64,000 nucleotides of DNA from Candidatus Levyibacteriota bacterium. GTDB lineage: Bacteria > Patescibacteriota > Microgenomatia > Levybacterales > UBA12049. Both the position numbers and the translations under genes were made by a program. The stretch lies in NCBI GenBank assembly GCA_052034235.1, contig JBPOIT010000012.1, positions 34,161-98,160 of the forward strand. The letters run 5' to 3'. Under the pieces are notes generated by a model, which searched no databases, had not been told where the DNA came from, and saw only the letters and a program-made list of their open reading frames with translations. Shown in pieces: positions 17,746 to 27,974 of the stretch (position 1 is the first letter of the stretch; each line of letters opens with the position of its first letter).

Positions 17746-19515
17746 CTAATTACCTTCTATAATAAATGTTCTCTTTTGTATATTCATTTTTATTGGTTCG
17801 TTGTTTTTAATGTTATTTACAAGAAAAGCGTTATGGGGATTTAGTTGATGGGCTTTATTTGCTGCATTAAGAGCTACCTGTTTATTGTTTTGTTTGTATT
17901 CTGAAAGTGCAAAGAGTAACCATAACTCTGAGTCATTTGGATAATCCTTTACTGCTGCGCGCATGAAATCTGTGGGGACGGGTGTATTTTCATAGAAAAT
18001 CATCATCGAAGCGTATCCTTTGTATGTATTGATTTGGTGTTTATGCGGATAAAAGGCGTTATATGATTTTGCCTTAAGTGCCTTTTCAAAATAGACTTTT
18101 GCTTCTTTTGGCTTTTCTGTTTCGGAATAGACAATTGCTAGATTGAGCAGATTAATTTCGTTCGGCCTAAAACTGATTGATTTCAGATAATGAATACGTG
18201 CTTGTTCATACCCTTTTCTACTTCCATATTCTGCACCCAAACTATTTTCTACAGCAAAATTATTTGATACCAGACTGTCTTGCGTGTGTAATATGATTCC
18301 GTTTTGCCAATCGGTGTTTCTGATCATCGTCCGTGTTCCAAATAATATCAGAACCATTATCGCAAATAGTACCGCAATGTGTTTAAGAGAAGGAAACCTC
18401 GTAAGTAAATATGTAGATGCAATGCCAAGCATCCCTAACATGCCGATCATTGTAAAATAAAACCATCGATCTCCAACTGTCATATCAAGAGGAAAAATGT
18501 TTGCATGGAAGAAAAGTCCTATGATAAACCATGTTAAAAAGAATAACCAGGGTTTAAAGTATTTATTCTCATTCTTGAATAAAAAGTTTGCAAACCCAAT
18601 TACCACACTGAAGAATACGGTATCTACTATCAGAGGGAATATAAATGTCTGAAAATCTATTGATGTGATTACCCAATGCTGCATATATGAAAGCTCCATT
18701 GGATAAAAAAAAGTCTTTACATAGTAAAAGAGTATAAGTGGAAGTGTCATAAATCGTTCCGCAAGAGTGGCATCAGCAATCGGCGCTAAAGGACGATCCG
18801 CTAGTCCTACCTGTCCGATAAAAAAACGTATACACAGATAAATTACAAAAGTTATCAGTGACCCTATGAAAAGTTTTGAAAAGTATTTTTTCTTAAATAG
18901 CCATGCATATAACACTGCGACGAAAATAAAAAGTATTCCTGTCTCCTTTGTGAGAAGTGTCAGAAAAAATGACACAAAAATAACAGCAAAGAGCTTATTG
19001 GTTACTTTTTCTTTTAATAAAAGAACGAGTGGGATTATGCCAAAGAGGAAGAAGATAGGATTCACAGATTGAGCAATATAAGAAACAGATTCCACATTCA
19101 TGGGATGAATGAGAAAAGCGACTGTTACAAAAAAGGCAATCCATGGTGTTAAAAATTTGCGAAAGAAAATGTAAACAAATCCAACACAAACAATATGAAG
19201 CAGTATCTGCACAAAATGATAGAAAAATGCATTCGTTGTAAACATCGAATAAAGCAGTGAGAAATACGCAGCGGGAACTGGACGATATTGCCCAACCGTA
19301 TTAAATGCATTAACCCCAAACCATGAACCTACATTTACTATATGTGTTTGAAGATTATTAATAATATAAAGCTTATCGTCAGCAACAAACTCATTGAAAA
19401 GCATGTTGGCAAATACAACAAGTCCAATTACGAGAATCAGATGCAAAGCTTTAAAGGTTGTTAGCGGAACAAAGAGGCTCTTCAAAGAAAATTCATCCTC
19501 ATTACTCTGCGGCAT
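17746..19515 (-). CDS. TMTC-like GT-C membrane glycosyltransferase (DUF1736-type 'FV.DD' motif) with C-terminal TPR repeats
   Basis: 589 aa. The first loop carries 'NEFVADDKLYIINN', about 10 TM helices follow, and the C-terminal ~170 aa are TPR-like ('YEQARIHYLKSISFRPNE', 'YFEKALKAKSYNAF', 'ALNAANKAHQLNPHNA'). Confidence 0.65.
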   Translation of the reverse strand: MPQSNEDEFSLKSLFVPLTTFKALHLILVIGLVVFANMLFNEFVADDKLYIINNLQTHIVNVGSWFGVNAFNTVGQYRPVPAAYFSLLYSMFTTNAFFYHFVQILLHIVCVGFVYIFFRKFLTPWIAFFVTVAFLIHPMNVESVSYIAQSVNPIFFLFGIIPLVLLLKEKVTNKLFAVIFVSFFLTLLTKETGILFIFVAVLYAWLFKKKYFSKLFIGSLITFVIYLCIRFFIGQVGLADRPLAPIADATLAERFMTLPLILFYYVKTFFYPMELSYMQHWVITSIDFQTFIFPLIVDTVFFSVVIGFANFLFKNENKYFKPWLFFLTWFIIGLFFHANIFPLDMTVGDRWFYFTMIGMLGMLGIASTYLLTRFPSLKHIAVLFAIMVLILFGTRTMIRNTDWQNGIILHTQDSLVSNNFAVENSLGAEYGSRKGYEQARIHYLKSISFRPNEINLLNLAIVYSETEKPKEAKVYFEKALKAKSYNAFYPHKHQINTYKGYASMMIFYENTPVPTDFMRAAVKDYPNDSELWLLFALSEYKQNNKQVALNAANKAHQLNPHNAFLVNNIKNNEPIKMNIQKRTFIIEGN

Positions 19516-19564
19516 AGACCTATTCTATATAAAAAAGGTGTGTATATAAACAGTGGGGGTTAGG

Positions 19565-20749
19565 TTAGGCTTCTACGGCGTGTTTGTCTTTTATGTAGTG
19601 GGTTTTCCAGATTATTTTGTTGTAGATGAAATAGTTAAACGGCAGGACGATAAAGAGGATGGTTGGGAAAAGGATGACCAGAGATGTGAGTATCGAATGA
19701 CCGAGGATGTCGACTCTTGGACCGTAGAAATGGACTGCTAAATAGGTCATGAGTGCCTGAAGGCCGATTGAGAGAATTGATGTAAAATTAAATTTGAAAA
19801 GTCTTCTCAGAAAACTCCCCTTCTCCTTTATGTGTTTTGTATCCTTAAACGTCCAGACATTGTTCAGTAAAAAGTTTGAAAGAATGGCAGTTTCTGCACC
19901 GAGTAGGGTCGCGACAAACTGCATGTGTTCAAGCCCGAGAAAACGAATGGAAAGATACGTCGTAATAAACTGAACAATAAAACCTGTGCCACCAACAAAC
20001 AGAAACTTCACAAAACGCTTTTTTTCCTCAAGCCGGAGTCTCACGACAACGTAAAGTGAATCAAATAAATCTTTCGAGGTAATTTTACTTGACCCTTCTG
20101 TTCGTTCATAAAATTTAATTGGCACCTCTTTCACTTTGGCGTGCATACTCATGACATCATGCAGGATGTGCAGCTTGTATGCATAATATTTTGAATAGAG
20201 ATTTTCAAGATCAACACGGCGAAGGAATGATGATTTTGTTAACTTAAACCCTGAAGTCATATCATGAACTGACATTCTGCCCCACACAAGCCTCGTAAAC
20301 AAACTTCCGGCAACGTAACTCAAAAACTTTCGATGAAGCCCCCACTCTTTGGGGATACTCCCGCCTTTAACGTAACGACTGCCGATGACACAATCTGCGC
20401 CCGAGTCCAACGCCTCAATGAGTCTTGGGATATCATTTGGATCATGTTGAAAGTCTGCATCAAATTCAACAATAGCATCTGCTCCAAGTTCGTTCATCGC
20501 ATACCTCATCGCTCGAGCATATGCAGCTCCCAAACCCTCTTTATTTCCCTCAAGTAAATGGAGATTTTTGTGGTCTTTGGCAAAGTGTTTGATGACATCT
20601 GCAGTTCCGTCAGGAGACTTATCATCTGCAACGAGGATGTGCATTTCATGGTTTTTAATCTTTGGAAAAACTTCATCCTCAAGCGTAGGAATCATCTTCT
20701 CCATGTTCACTTTTTCGTTGTAAGTTGGTAATATTACGACTATTTTCAT
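19565..20749 (-). CDS. GT2 polyprenol-phosphate sugar synthase (Dpm1/ArnC-like) fused to a C-terminal GtrA-like membrane domain
   Basis: 'IVVILPTYNEKVNMEKM...VADDKSPDGT' is the GT2 DPM1-like head and 'FVKFLFVGGTGFIVQF...' is a GtrA-like 4-TM tail. Confidence 0.75.
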   Translation of the reverse strand: MKIVVILPTYNEKVNMEKMIPTLEDEVFPKIKNHEMHILVADDKSPDGTADVIKHFAKDHKNLHLLEGNKEGLGAAYARAMRYAMNELGADAIVEFDADFQHDPNDIPRLIEALDSGADCVIGSRYVKGGSIPKEWGLHRKFLSYVAGSLFTRLVWGRMSVHDMTSGFKLTKSSFLRRVDLENLYSKYYAYKLHILHDVMSMHAKVKEVPIKFYERTEGSSKITSKDLFDSLYVVVRLRLEEKKRFVKFLFVGGTGFIVQFITTYLSIRFLGLEHMQFVATLLGAETAILSNFLLNNVWTFKDTKHIKEKGSFLRRLFKFNFTSILSIGLQALMTYLAVHFYGPRVDILGHSILTSLVILFPTILFIVLPFNYFIYNKIIWKTHYIKDKHAVEA

Positions 20750-21711
20750 AATGCTCTGACGTATTCAATCGTTTTTTGCAGGCCTTCTTCGAGCGAATGC
20801 GTTGGTGCCCACTGGAGCAGCGTTTGTGCTTTTGTAATATCTGGCTTTCGTTTCAGCGGATCATCTTCTGGAAGCTTTTCGTTCATGACAATCTCACTTG
20901 AAGAATTTGTCAGCTGTTTTACCAGTTTAGCATATTCAAGAACTGTGCGTTCTTCCGGAACACCTAAATTGATAATTTCCCCCCGGGCTTTTTCATAAAA
21001 CATAAGCCTCATTAACCCTTCTACTAAATCATCAACATAACAAAGCGATCGTGTTTGAGAGCCATCGCCGAAGACAGTAATTGGCTGATTTGAGAGCGCT
21101 TCTGTTATGAAATTAATTATCATTCTTTGATCTTCGCGAAGCATTCGTGGACCATAGGTATTAAAAATTCTGGCGATTCGCACATTCACATTCTTTTCCC
21201 TCCCAAAGTATGCAGTAATAGTCTCTCCAAAGCGTTTTGCTTCGTCATAGACAGAGCGTGGACCTGTCGTTGAGACATTACCGCGGTATTCTTCCTTCTG
21301 AGGATGCTCAAGCGGATCTCCGTACGTTTCAGACGTGGATGCAAACAAAAAGGAGGCACTATCTCTTTCAGCAAGTTTTAACAGTTCAAGTGTTCCGACG
21401 GTATTAACCATCATTGTTTCCATAGGAAGTGCGTGATAACTGATTGGGCTATGATGATTTGGCGATGCAGGTGAGGCAAGATGAAAAATTGCATTAATCT
21501 GTGGCAGTCTGTCTGCAACCATATCAAGAGGTTTTGTCACATCATGTTCTATAAAATGAAGCTGAGGATTATCAAACAGTTGAATGAGGTTTTCTTTTTT
21601 TCCTGTGAGCAGATTATCTATGCAAAAGACGTCATGTTTGTCTTGAATTAAGCGCGCGCAAAGATGCGAACCTATAAAACCAGCCCCACCGGCGACAACA
21701 ATATTGGCCAT
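20746..21711 (-). CDS. UDP-glucuronate decarboxylase (UDP-xylose synthase)-like NAD-dependent epimerase/dehydratase
   Basis: The motifs 'IVVAGGAGFIGSHLCARL', 'CIDNLLTGKKEN' and YxxxK ('YDEAKRF') match the UXS1 pattern, and the gene is adjacent to ugd. Confidence 0.7.
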   Translation of the reverse strand: MANIVVAGGAGFIGSHLCARLIQDKHDVFCIDNLLTGKKENLIQLFDNPQLHFIEHDVTKPLDMVADRLPQINAIFHLASPASPNHHSPISYHALPMETMMVNTVGTLELLKLAERDSASFLFASTSETYGDPLEHPQKEEYRGNVSTTGPRSVYDEAKRFGETITAYFGREKNVNVRIARIFNTYGPRMLREDQRMIINFITEALSNQPITVFGDGSQTRSLCYVDDLVEGLMRLMFYEKARGEIINLGVPEERTVLEYAKLVKQLTNSSSEIVMNEKLPEDDPLKRKPDITKAQTLLQWAPTHSLEEGLQKTIEYVRAL

Positions 21712-21761
21712 GGTTGTATGATACTAAACTTGAGGCTTTAATGGAAGAGTGAGTATAAAAA

Positions 21762-22733
21762 CTATCTATTTACCTTTTCGCGTTTGAGGTCTGATTTGAC
21801 CATCATTTCGACAAGTTCTTTGAAGCTTGTTTTTGGTTCCCAGCCAAGTTCATTTTTGGCTTTACTATAGTCACCAATGAGATAATCAACTTCTGCAGGT
21901 CTTATGAATTTAGGCTGGTCTGAGATAACGTACTCTTCCCAGTTCGTAATTCCTGCTGCTTTGAAAGCAAGTTTGGTAAATTCTTCAACAGAATGTGTTT
22001 CACCCGTTGAGATGACATAATCTTCTGGTTTTTCCTGCTGCAGCATCAGCCACATCGCTTCAACATAATCACCTGAGAAACCCCAGTCCCGCTTCGCTGA
22101 CATGTTACCTAGTTCTAATTTCTTTTGCTTGCCAAGCTTAATGCGTGCAACTGCGTTGGTAATCTTGCGAGTGACAAATTCAATACCTCGTCGTGGAGAT
22201 TCATGGTTGAATAAGATACCAGAGCATGCAAACATATCGTAACTTTCACGGTAGTTTAATGTGATGTAGTGACCGTATACTTTGGCAACACCGTATGGAC
22301 TTCGTGGATAAAAACGTGTTGTTTCTTTTTGAGGCGTTTCTGTCACTTTACCAAACATCTCAGAACTTGATGCTTGATAGAATTTGATTCGTGGATTAAC
22401 CTTTCTGATTGCTTCGAGAACTCGTGTAACACCAAGTGCTGTAAATTCGCCTGTGAGAACTGGCTGATCAAAAGAAGTTTGGACAAAAGACATAGCAGCG
22501 AGGTTATAGACCTCATCCGGCTCAGCGACTTCAATTGCTTGTGTCATTGAGGATGAATCAAGCAGATCCGCTGATAATAATTCAACATCATGTTGAATAT
22601 GACTGATATTTTCGATATTTGGTGTACTTAAACGTCTGACGGTACCAAAAACTTTATATCCTTTTTTAAGTAAAAGTTCTGCCAAATATGATCCGTCTTG
22701 TCCTGTGATTCCTGTAATAAGTGCTCGTTTCAT
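21762..22733 (-). CDS. gmd: GDP-mannose 4,6-dehydratase
   Basis: '[27 protein letters not shown]' is the canonical Gmd N-terminus; the length is 323 aa. Confidence 0.9.
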   Translation of the reverse strand: MKRALITGITGQDGSYLAELLLKKGYKVFGTVRRLSTPNIENISHIQHDVELLSADLLDSSSMTQAIEVAEPDEVYNLAAMSFVQTSFDQPVLTGEFTALGVTRVLEAIRKVNPRIKFYQASSSEMFGKVTETPQKETTRFYPRSPYGVAKVYGHYITLNYRESYDMFACSGILFNHESPRRGIEFVTRKITNAVARIKLGKQKKLELGNMSAKRDWGFSGDYVEAMWLMLQQEKPEDYVISTGETHSVEEFTKLAFKAAGITNWEEYVISDQPKFIRPAEVDYLIGDYSKAKNELGWEPKTSFKELVEMMVKSDLKREKVNR

Positions 22734-22750
22734 AATGTTATTTACCTATT

Positions 22751-23695
22751 CTAAACGATCTTTCGCCAATAGTCCAGTATGTCTTGTAATGTCTGTTCAA
22801 ACGGAATTTCAGGTTTCCATCCTGTGAGGTTTTGGAACTTCGTGCTGTCACAAACAATCTCCGGAACATCAATCGGACGAAATCTTTCAGGGTCAGGTCT
22901 GACTTCAATTTTTGCTGTTGAGAATGAAAGGAGTGTTTGCAGCATGTCATCAATCCTTCGAGAAATACCTGAACCAATGTTATACACATCCCCCTTCTCA
23001 CCTTTTTCAACAACGAGCTGGTATGCTTTTACCATATCCCGCACGTCTGTAAAATCACGCTTGGCTTCCAGATTCCCCACAAATAAGACGGGATTATTTT
23101 TTCCTTTTTCAATTTCAGCAATTTGTTTGGCAAATGATGATAAAACAAATGATTCCTTTTGGCCTGGTCCAATATGATTAAACGGTCTTACTCTCACAAT
23201 ATTCATTCTATAAGCCAAGCGGTATTGTAAACCCAAATAGTCCTGCGCTATTTTGGAAACAGCATACGGATTTACCGGACGAAGGTCTGTTGTTTCATCA
23301 ATTGGTAAATCTTCAGGTCGTATGACACCATACACTTCTGCTGTTGAAACGACAAGCACTCTGGTTTGAACAAGTTCAAATTTTCTGAGGGCTTCGAGGA
23401 TAGTTAATTCGCTCATGATATTATTGGTAATCGTTTCGGCAGGAGCTTTGAAACTTTCAGCAGCAGATGGAAGCCCAGCTAAATGATAAATAGCATCAGG
23501 TTTGTAGGTTTGGATCAGTGTATCAACAGCTTCCTGATCAAGCAGATTTACTTTTTCAAGCTGAACTCCACTTGGAAAGTCTCCGTGATCCGAACGATGT
23601 GTACCGATGATTTCAAACGCATTTTGGGAAAGTAAATTATTGGTGAGGTGTTTGCCAACAAAGCCTGTGGCGCCGGTAATGAGAATTCTTTTCAT
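22751..23695 (-). CDS. NAD-dependent sugar epimerase/reductase, GDP-6-deoxy-D-mannose reductase (Rmd)-like by context
   Basis: It has the SDR Rossmann motif 'ILITGATGFVGKHL', the YxxxK motif 'YAVSKIAQ', and sits immediately downstream of gmd. Confidence 0.55.
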   Translation of the reverse strand: MKRILITGATGFVGKHLTNNLLSQNAFEIIGTHRSDHGDFPSGVQLEKVNLLDQEAVDTLIQTYKPDAIYHLAGLPSAAESFKAPAETITNNIMSELTILEALRKFELVQTRVLVVSTAEVYGVIRPEDLPIDETTDLRPVNPYAVSKIAQDYLGLQYRLAYRMNIVRVRPFNHIGPGQKESFVLSSFAKQIAEIEKGKNNPVLFVGNLEAKRDFTDVRDMVKAYQLVVEKGEKGDVYNIGSGISRRIDDMLQTLLSFSTAKIEVRPDPERFRPIDVPEIVCDSTKFQNLTGWKPEIPFEQTLQDILDYWRKIV

Positions 23696-25024
23696 TTATC
23701 GTCCTACTCCAACATAGGTGAAACCAAGCGCTTTTGCTTTTTCAGGCTCGTAAATATTTCGTCCGTCAATCAGATATGGTGTTTTAAGCAGTGTCTTTAT
23801 CTTCACAAGATCAAGCTGTTTAAATTCGTTCCATTCAGTCACGACGATAAGTAAATCTGCATCTTTTGCAGCTGCATAGGCATCGTTTACAAAGTGTACA
23901 TTATTTTCATCCTTCAAAATTCTCTTCCCGTTTTCAAGAGCTATTGGATCAAAACTCTTTATTTTTGCGCCCAATCCAAGAAGCTCACGGATAATAATAA
24001 CCGAAGGAGCATCTCTCATGTCATCAGTATCAGGTTTAAAGGAAAGCCCCAAAACACCAATTGTCTTGCCATTCATATCTTCACCCAAGAGCTTCTTTGC
24101 TTTTTTAACAATACCCATTATCGCATCTTTATTTACCTGTTCAACTTCTTTTAAGATGCCAAAGTTGTAGCCGTAGTCATTTGCGATCGCGATAAGCGCT
24201 TTAACATCTTTCGGAAAACAACTCCCCCCGTACCCTGCTCCTGGATTGAGAAATGCTGTTCCAATTCGCTTATCCATACCCATTGCTTCAAGCACATCAA
24301 TACCGTTGGCACCTGTCAGTTCTGAAAGTTGCGCGATTGCGTTGGCAAATGAAATCTTTACTGAAAGAAACGCATTGGATGCGTACTTCACCATTTCTGC
24401 CGTCTCAATGTTGCATAGGAATAATCCTCCTTCACGACTTTCTCCTTTTATCGTTGTCATGAGGGGTTTGTGTAGTTCGACAAGTTTTTCTTCCGCTTTT
24501 TTGGATTCGGTACCGATAACAATTCTATCTGGATATCTTGTATCTGATATTGCTTGTCCTTCTCGTAAAAACTCTGGAACAGATGCAATATCAAACTGCG
24601 CATCTTCTGGCTTTACCTTGGTCATGAGTTCCTTTACTTTACGATTTGTTCCAACAGGTACGGTACTTTTAACATTCACCACTGTGTAACCATTGAGATG
24701 TTTTCCGACTTGCTCAGCAACTTCATAGACTACTCTTAGGTCTGCTTCACCTGTTGGTTTTGGAGGTGTACCCACTGCGATAAACACAACATCGGATTCT
24801 TTAACTGCTGGTGAATAATCAAGCGTAAACAAAAGTCTGCCTGCATCTACATTGCGTTTAACAAGTTCTTCAAGACCAGGTTCATAAATTGGAATGATGC
24901 CTTTTTTGAGGTTATTTACTTTTTCAGGCGTGTGTCCGATTACCCAAACAGTATTGCCGAGGTCTGCAAAAACCGCTGCTGATACCAAACCTACATAACC
25001 ATGTCCTACAAATGTAATTGTCAT
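23696..25024 (-). CDS. ugd: UDP-glucose 6-dehydrogenase
   Basis: The N-terminus 'ITFVGHGYVGLVSAAVFA', the catalytic-Cys region 'GGSCFPKD' and the 442-aa length match the UDP-glucose/GDP-mannose dehydrogenase family. Confidence 0.8.
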   Translation of the reverse strand: MTITFVGHGYVGLVSAAVFADLGNTVWVIGHTPEKVNNLKKGIIPIYEPGLEELVKRNVDAGRLLFTLDYSPAVKESDVVFIAVGTPPKPTGEADLRVVYEVAEQVGKHLNGYTVVNVKSTVPVGTNRKVKELMTKVKPEDAQFDIASVPEFLREGQAISDTRYPDRIVIGTESKKAEEKLVELHKPLMTTIKGESREGGLFLCNIETAEMVKYASNAFLSVKISFANAIAQLSELTGANGIDVLEAMGMDKRIGTAFLNPGAGYGGSCFPKDVKALIAIANDYGYNFGILKEVEQVNKDAIMGIVKKAKKLLGEDMNGKTIGVLGLSFKPDTDDMRDAPSVIIIRELLGLGAKIKSFDPIALENGKRILKDENNVHFVNDAYAAAKDADLLIVVTEWNEFKQLDLVKIKTLLKTPYLIDGRNIYEPEKAKALGFTYVGVGR

Positions 25025-25040
25025 AAAAATTTTTGAGGTT

Positions 25041-25922
25041 TTATTCCTTGGCTTTAAATTCTCTTAGGGATTCCTCAAAACCCTTCATACTGACTCCAAG
25101 GTTTTTTATTTTATCATTATTTAATGTTAAATTAAATGGCCTCTGTGCACGATCTTTAAAGAATTCGTCACGGGTCGTCTTGCTGATAAGGCTCTTATCA
25201 TAACCGAAGATCTCAGCAATCGCAAGTGCAGCAGCGTAAGGTGTCAAACTTTGACTCCCCACCACATGATAGATGCCACGTGCGTCAGCTTCAATAAGTT
25301 TTCCAAGAGCGAGCGCTATGTCATCAAGATAGGTCGGTGTCATAAGATGATCGGTGACACCGGCAATTGGAAGACCTGCTGCGAGTCTGTCTTTCATCGC
25401 ATGATAAAAGTCTTTTTTCTGAGCAAACGGTTGCTCTTGAAATGGATACGCTATGCGGACGATGAGATACGGAATACCTGCATTTCTCACAACCTCTTCA
25501 CCGTCAAATTTTGTCTGGGCATACCAATCGATAGGATTAGGTTTGTCGTCTTCTTTATAACCGCTGCCTTCAGGAAGGGAGCCGTCAAAAACAAAATCAG
25601 TTGAAATATAGATAATCTTTTTATTTGAAACCTTTGCTGCTTCAACCACATTTTTTGTGCCTAAGACATTTATTTTATAAGCAGCACCTTCTTCTCCAAG
25701 CGGCTTATCTTTTTCGCAGCCATCAACATCTGCTTTAGCAGCTAAATGTAAAACCCAGCCGTGTTCAGTATCATCTCTGATTGCAGAAAGGGTTGAAGCA
25801 TCAGTGATGTCAGCGCCTGTCTCAAGACTCAAATTGTCAAAAGAATAGTGTGGCAAAAGTGCAACAATACGTGACCCCACAAGCCCTGTAATGCCAATAC
25901 CAAATATGTTTGTTTTATTCAT
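25041..25922 (-). CDS. rfbD: dTDP-4-dehydrorhamnose reductase
   Basis: RmlD substrate-binding pattern 'NPIDWYAQTKFDGEEVV'; 293 aa; within the rml cluster. Confidence 0.7.
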   Translation of the reverse strand: MNKTNIFGIGITGLVGSRIVALLPHYSFDNLSLETGADITDASTLSAIRDDTEHGWVLHLAAKADVDGCEKDKPLGEEGAAYKINVLGTKNVVEAAKVSNKKIIYISTDFVFDGSLPEGSGYKEDDKPNPIDWYAQTKFDGEEVVRNAGIPYLIVRIAYPFQEQPFAQKKDFYHAMKDRLAAGLPIAGVTDHLMTPTYLDDIALALGKLIEADARGIYHVVGSQSLTPYAAALAIAEIFGYDKSLISKTTRDEFFKDRAQRPFNLTLNNDKIKNLGVSMKGFEESLREFKAKE

Positions 25923-25924
25923 AG

Positions 25925-26476
25925 TTATATCTTACCTTCTCGCTGTAGTTTATCATAGAGCAACAGAGCAGCAACATGGAGTGAAACAAACATTTCTCCA
26001 GATTGTACTTTTGCCAATACTTGTTCAAACGGTAGTTTGAGAACTTCAATTTCCTCATCATCGTCAAGCTCCGTGTTACCCTCTGTTATACCTGTTGCAA
26101 CGAACACATAGTTTTTGGAATTCATGTTCGCTGAAAGTTCCCATGTCGCAAGTAATTTCCACTTTTGAGCAGTTAACCCAGTTTCCTCTTTTAATTCTCT
26201 CTTTGCTGATTCCAAAGGATCAGTGTCATTCTCAATGTTTCCTGCAACAAGCTCAATCAGTTCTTTCCCAAACGCATCCCTGTACTGTTTTTCAAGATAC
26301 AATTCACCATTTTCAGTGAAAGGCAAAATGGTAACAACTGAATTTCTTTCAATAAAATCTTTGGTGAATGTTTTTCCCTTGCGCTTTATTACTTTTCGCT
26401 TTAGCCTAAAATACTTTGCTTCATAGACTGTTTCTTCAGAAAGCAGTTCCGATTTATTTTCCGTATTGTCTGTCAT
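25925..26476 (-). CDS. NUDIX hydrolase (nucleotide-sugar or ADP-ribose pyrophosphatase-like)
   Basis: The Nudix box is 'GNIENDTDPLESAKRELKEETGL'. I chose the start at 26476 (MTDNTENK...), which overlaps the rmlB 3' end by 23 nt. Confidence 0.75.
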   Translation of the reverse strand: MTDNTENKSELLSEETVYEAKYFRLKRKVIKRKGKTFTKDFIERNSVVTILPFTENGELYLEKQYRDAFGKELIELVAGNIENDTDPLESAKRELKEETGLTAQKWKLLATWELSANMNSKNYVFVATGITEGNTELDDDEEIEVLKLPFEQVLAKVQSGEMFVSLHVAALLLYDKLQREGKI

Positions 26477-27464
26477 AATACTCCTTATACTCACCTGATT
26501 TGACCCGCTGCCACCAATCTGTATTTTCTTTGTACCATGCAACTGTTTTCTCCAAGTATTCATCAAAATTATGCTGAGGCTCCCAACCGAGTTCTTTTTT
26601 TATCTTGGACCAATCAACATCATAACGTCTGTCATGGCCGGGTCTGTCTTTGACATATTCAATAAAACTTTCATCCTTGCCTAGGAGTTTGAGCAGCTTT
26701 TTTGCAATTTCGATATTTGGATAGAGTTCAGTCATACCACCAACCAAATACGTTTCACCTATTTTCCCTTTTTGCAAAACCGCATCAATCGCCCGTGCAT
26801 GGTCATCAACATACAACCAATCTCTGACGTACAAACCATCACCGTATACCGGGATTTTTTTACCTTCAAGGACATTGGTAATAGCAAGCGGAATGAATTT
26901 TTCCGGAAACATATATGGGCCGAAATTATTGGAACAATTGGTTATGGTGATAGGAAGACCATAGGTAGTATAGTAGGCACGTACTAAATGATCAGACCCA
27001 GCTTTACTTGCAGCGTAAGGACTTCGGGGATTATAACTCGTTTTTTCATTAAATTTATTTGGGTCTTCAAGTGAAAGTGCTCCAAAAACTTCATCCGTTG
27101 AGACATGGTGAAAACGCTGTATATTATTTTTCAAAGCTGCATCAAGGAGTACTTGTGTGCCGACGACATTGGTGGTGACAAAAACTGCTGGACCTGTTAT
27201 CGAGCGGTCGACATGTGTTTCTGCGGCGAAATGAACAACAGTATCTATTCCCTGCATTGCGTTATTGACAGTCTCAACATCTGTGATATCACCTTGGATA
27301 AACGAATATTTGGGATTACTTTCGACGGTGCTGAGATTTTCCAGATTACCCGCATACGTCAATTTGTCAAAGTTGATAATGCTGTCATCCGGATGATTTT
27401 TGAGCCAATAGAGGATAAAATTAGAGCCGATAAACCCCGCTCCGCCGGTCACTAGTAATTTCAT
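26454..27464 (-). CDS. rfbB: dTDP-glucose 4,6-dehydratase
   Basis: Motifs 'LLVTGGAGFIGSNFI' and 'YAASKAGSDHLVRAY' in a 336-aa protein. Confidence 0.9.
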   Translation of the reverse strand: MKLLVTGGAGFIGSNFILYWLKNHPDDSIINFDKLTYAGNLENLSTVESNPKYSFIQGDITDVETVNNAMQGIDTVVHFAAETHVDRSITGPAVFVTTNVVGTQVLLDAALKNNIQRFHHVSTDEVFGALSLEDPNKFNEKTSYNPRSPYAASKAGSDHLVRAYYTTYGLPITITNCSNNFGPYMFPEKFIPLAITNVLEGKKIPVYGDGLYVRDWLYVDDHARAIDAVLQKGKIGETYLVGGMTELYPNIEIAKKLLKLLGKDESFIEYVKDRPGHDRRYDVDWSKIKKELGWEPQHNFDEYLEKTVAWYKENTDWWQRVKSGEYKEYYDRQYGK

Positions 27465-27471
27465 TCACTAA

Positions 27472-27915
27472 TTATTTTACGACACCTTGTTCAAGTTCTT
27501 CTTGTGAATATTCAACTTGTTCGTCTTTAAGCGTAGGATCATAGGCTGGATCTGGATAGTTAATAAGCCATGCTTCTTCCGTGCCTATATTTTCAAGTCC
27601 AGTAGCAGCATTTTTTGGAATAAACATTCTTTGAGGTTCTGCAGCGTCAAGGATCGTTTCTGTCTTTTCCCAAGCAGTTCCGTTATGCTCATAGGTCGTA
27701 ATTTTCATCTTTCCCTTGAGTGCTACGTATCGAGCTGCACGAACTCTGTGGAGATGATAACCTTTGAATGCACCGGGAAGAGCAGCAGTGAGATATACTT
27801 CAGTTTTCTCGTTGGTGTCTTTATCTTTGTAGAGTTCAATCAAATGACCATTCACATTTTTTGAATGATCATATGTTGTTACTTCCTTAGCGGGTTCAAC
27901 CCGAACAGTTGACAT
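27472..27915 (-). CDS. Cupin-fold dTDP-sugar epimerase/isomerase (RmlC- or FdtA/WxcM-like)
   Basis: 147-aa cupin with the metal/active-site-like motif 'KGYHLHR', placed between rmlB and rmlA. Confidence 0.5.
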   Translation of the reverse strand: MSTVRVEPAKEVTTYDHSKNVNGHLIELYKDKDTNEKTEVYLTAALPGAFKGYHLHRVRAARYVALKGKMKITTYEHNGTAWEKTETILDAAEPQRMFIPKNAATGLENIGTEEAWLINYPDPAYDPTLKDEQVEYSQEELEQGVVK

Positions 27916-27974
27916 TGTATCTTAATATATTACTTGCAAACAAGTTTTTTCGCAATATGGAAATTACTATTCCC

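Noticed and set aside
22738-23013. 91-aa minus-strand ORF overlapping the Rmd-like gene in another frame
   Set aside because: It is an internal alternative-frame ORF of a well-supported SDR gene with no independent signals.
26454-26566. 113-nt overlap between NUDIX and rmlB suggesting a frameshift or pseudogene
   Set aside because: It is resolved by using the internal Met at 26476 (MTDNTENK...) as the NUDIX start, leaving a 23-nt overlap. Both ORFs are full-length and intact.
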